NCBI GenBank assembly: GCA_050013095.1
Contig: JBEKFY010000016.1
Span: 1,145-65,144, forward strand
From: Anaerolineales bacterium
Lineage (GTDB): Bacteria > Chloroflexota > Anaerolineae > Anaerolineales > Villigracilaceae
Length of the DNA: 64,000 nt
Direction of reading: 5' to 3'
Of this stretch, positions 63,481 to 64,000 are shown piece after piece (the stretch's first letter is position 1; each line of letters opens with the position of its first letter). Both the position numbers and the translations under genes were made by a program. Under the pieces are notes generated by a model that was not told the DNA's origin, did not search any database, and saw only the letters and a list, made by a program, of their open reading frames with translations.

Positions 63481-64000
63481 TTACAATCTACCCAGAATCT
63501 CCTCACGCTTGCGATGGTATTCTTCTTCTGTGACAAGCTCTTTCTCGCGCAATTGTCGCAACTCAGTCAAATGCTCCGCTGTGGTCCGCTGTTGGCTAGG
63601 AGATGAGCTGGGCTTGGCTGCAGCGAAAGAACTGCTCAGATTGATGTGGGTCTGACTGGCCATGCTGCTGTTTGGAACGACCACATGGCGATTGTCATCC
63701 GTCTTCAAGAGTGTATAGCCAAGATTGATGCTTTCGACCAATCCCGTTTCCAAACCTGTTGGCGCGGTCACCTGCAAGTGGTCACCCACGTTGAAGGGGC
63801 GGTAAAGCAGCAGGGAAATCCCGGCAATTAGGTTGCCCAACGTATTTTGGGCCGCTAAACCGATAATGACCGAGAGGATGCCGGCACTGGCCAGCCAGGC
63901 TGTGCCTAAACCCGACAACGCGGGAACCAGGTGTGCATAAGAAATGAACGCAAAAATATAGACACAAAACCGAACGAGTTGTGCCAAAAATTTGACCGCA
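63481..64000 (-). CDS. MscS-family mechanosensitive channel with a C-terminal SHOCT domain; 5' end lies outside the window
   Basis: The frame stays open to nt 64000. Pore helix/beta domain: GLAAQNTLGNLIAGISLLLYRPFNVGDHLQV. C-terminal SHOCT-like ELVTEEEYHRKREEILGRL. Confidence 0.75.
   Translation of the reverse strand, partial: AVKFLAQLVRFCVYIFAFISYAHLVPALSGLGTAWLASAGILSVIIGLAAQNTLGNLIAGISLLLYRPFNVGDHLQVTAPTGLETGLVESINLGYTLLKTDDNRHVVVPNSSMASQTHINLSSSFAAAKPSSSPSQQRTTAEHLTELRQLREKELVTEEEYHRKREEILGRL

Overview
This 64-kb window comes from a GC-rich bacterial chromosome. PT-rich secreted proteins and overall gene content suggest a Chloroflexota/Anaerolineae-like host, at low confidence. All calls come from reading the ORF translations and the DNA by eye; no searches or statistics were run.

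Left half (about 1-33.9 kb): a visibly AT-rich, compositionally mosaic defence island.
- It ends at a tyrosine integrase (32823-33818) next to a tRNA-Met(CAT) gene that looks like an initiator tRNA (33908-33979).
- It carries a complete type I BREX operon on the minus strand, brxA-brxB-brxC-pglX-pglZ-brxL (31701 down to 18930). A nuclease-like gene and a GmrSD/BrxU-like type IV restriction gene follow it.
- The BrxL here appears to carry a Schlafen/AlbA_2-type domain in place of the usual C-terminal Lon-protease domain.
- Other immunity-type cargo:
  - a 1029-aa metallophosphoesterase + P-loop NTPase giant protein (1405-4494), the best candidate for an uncharacterised single-gene defence;
  - a translationally coupled pair of an EndoIII-like HhH glycosylase and a small DUF protein (14225-15585);
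  - a membrane-anchored NERD nuclease protein;
  - a Panacea (DUF4065) antitoxin with an unassigned toxin;
  - an atypical type-II tRNA whose anticodon loop reads CCCUUAA.
- A GC-rich element with two tyrosine recombinases is nested in the island (about 4.7-10.4 kb). Its left junction has a consensus promoter bracketed by inverted ATAAACCC repeats, followed by a structured non-coding stretch.

Right half (34-64 kb): ordinary core genome. It includes an RRM protein, an M32 carboxypeptidase, a MacAB-like efflux system, a GltD-like oxidoreductase, large secreted proteins, a DsbA-cyclophilin fusion, PrsW, DedA, NusB, Asp23, a spermidine-synthase-like membrane protein, a PadR operon and MscS. It also has many long antisense shadow ORFs, which I rejected.
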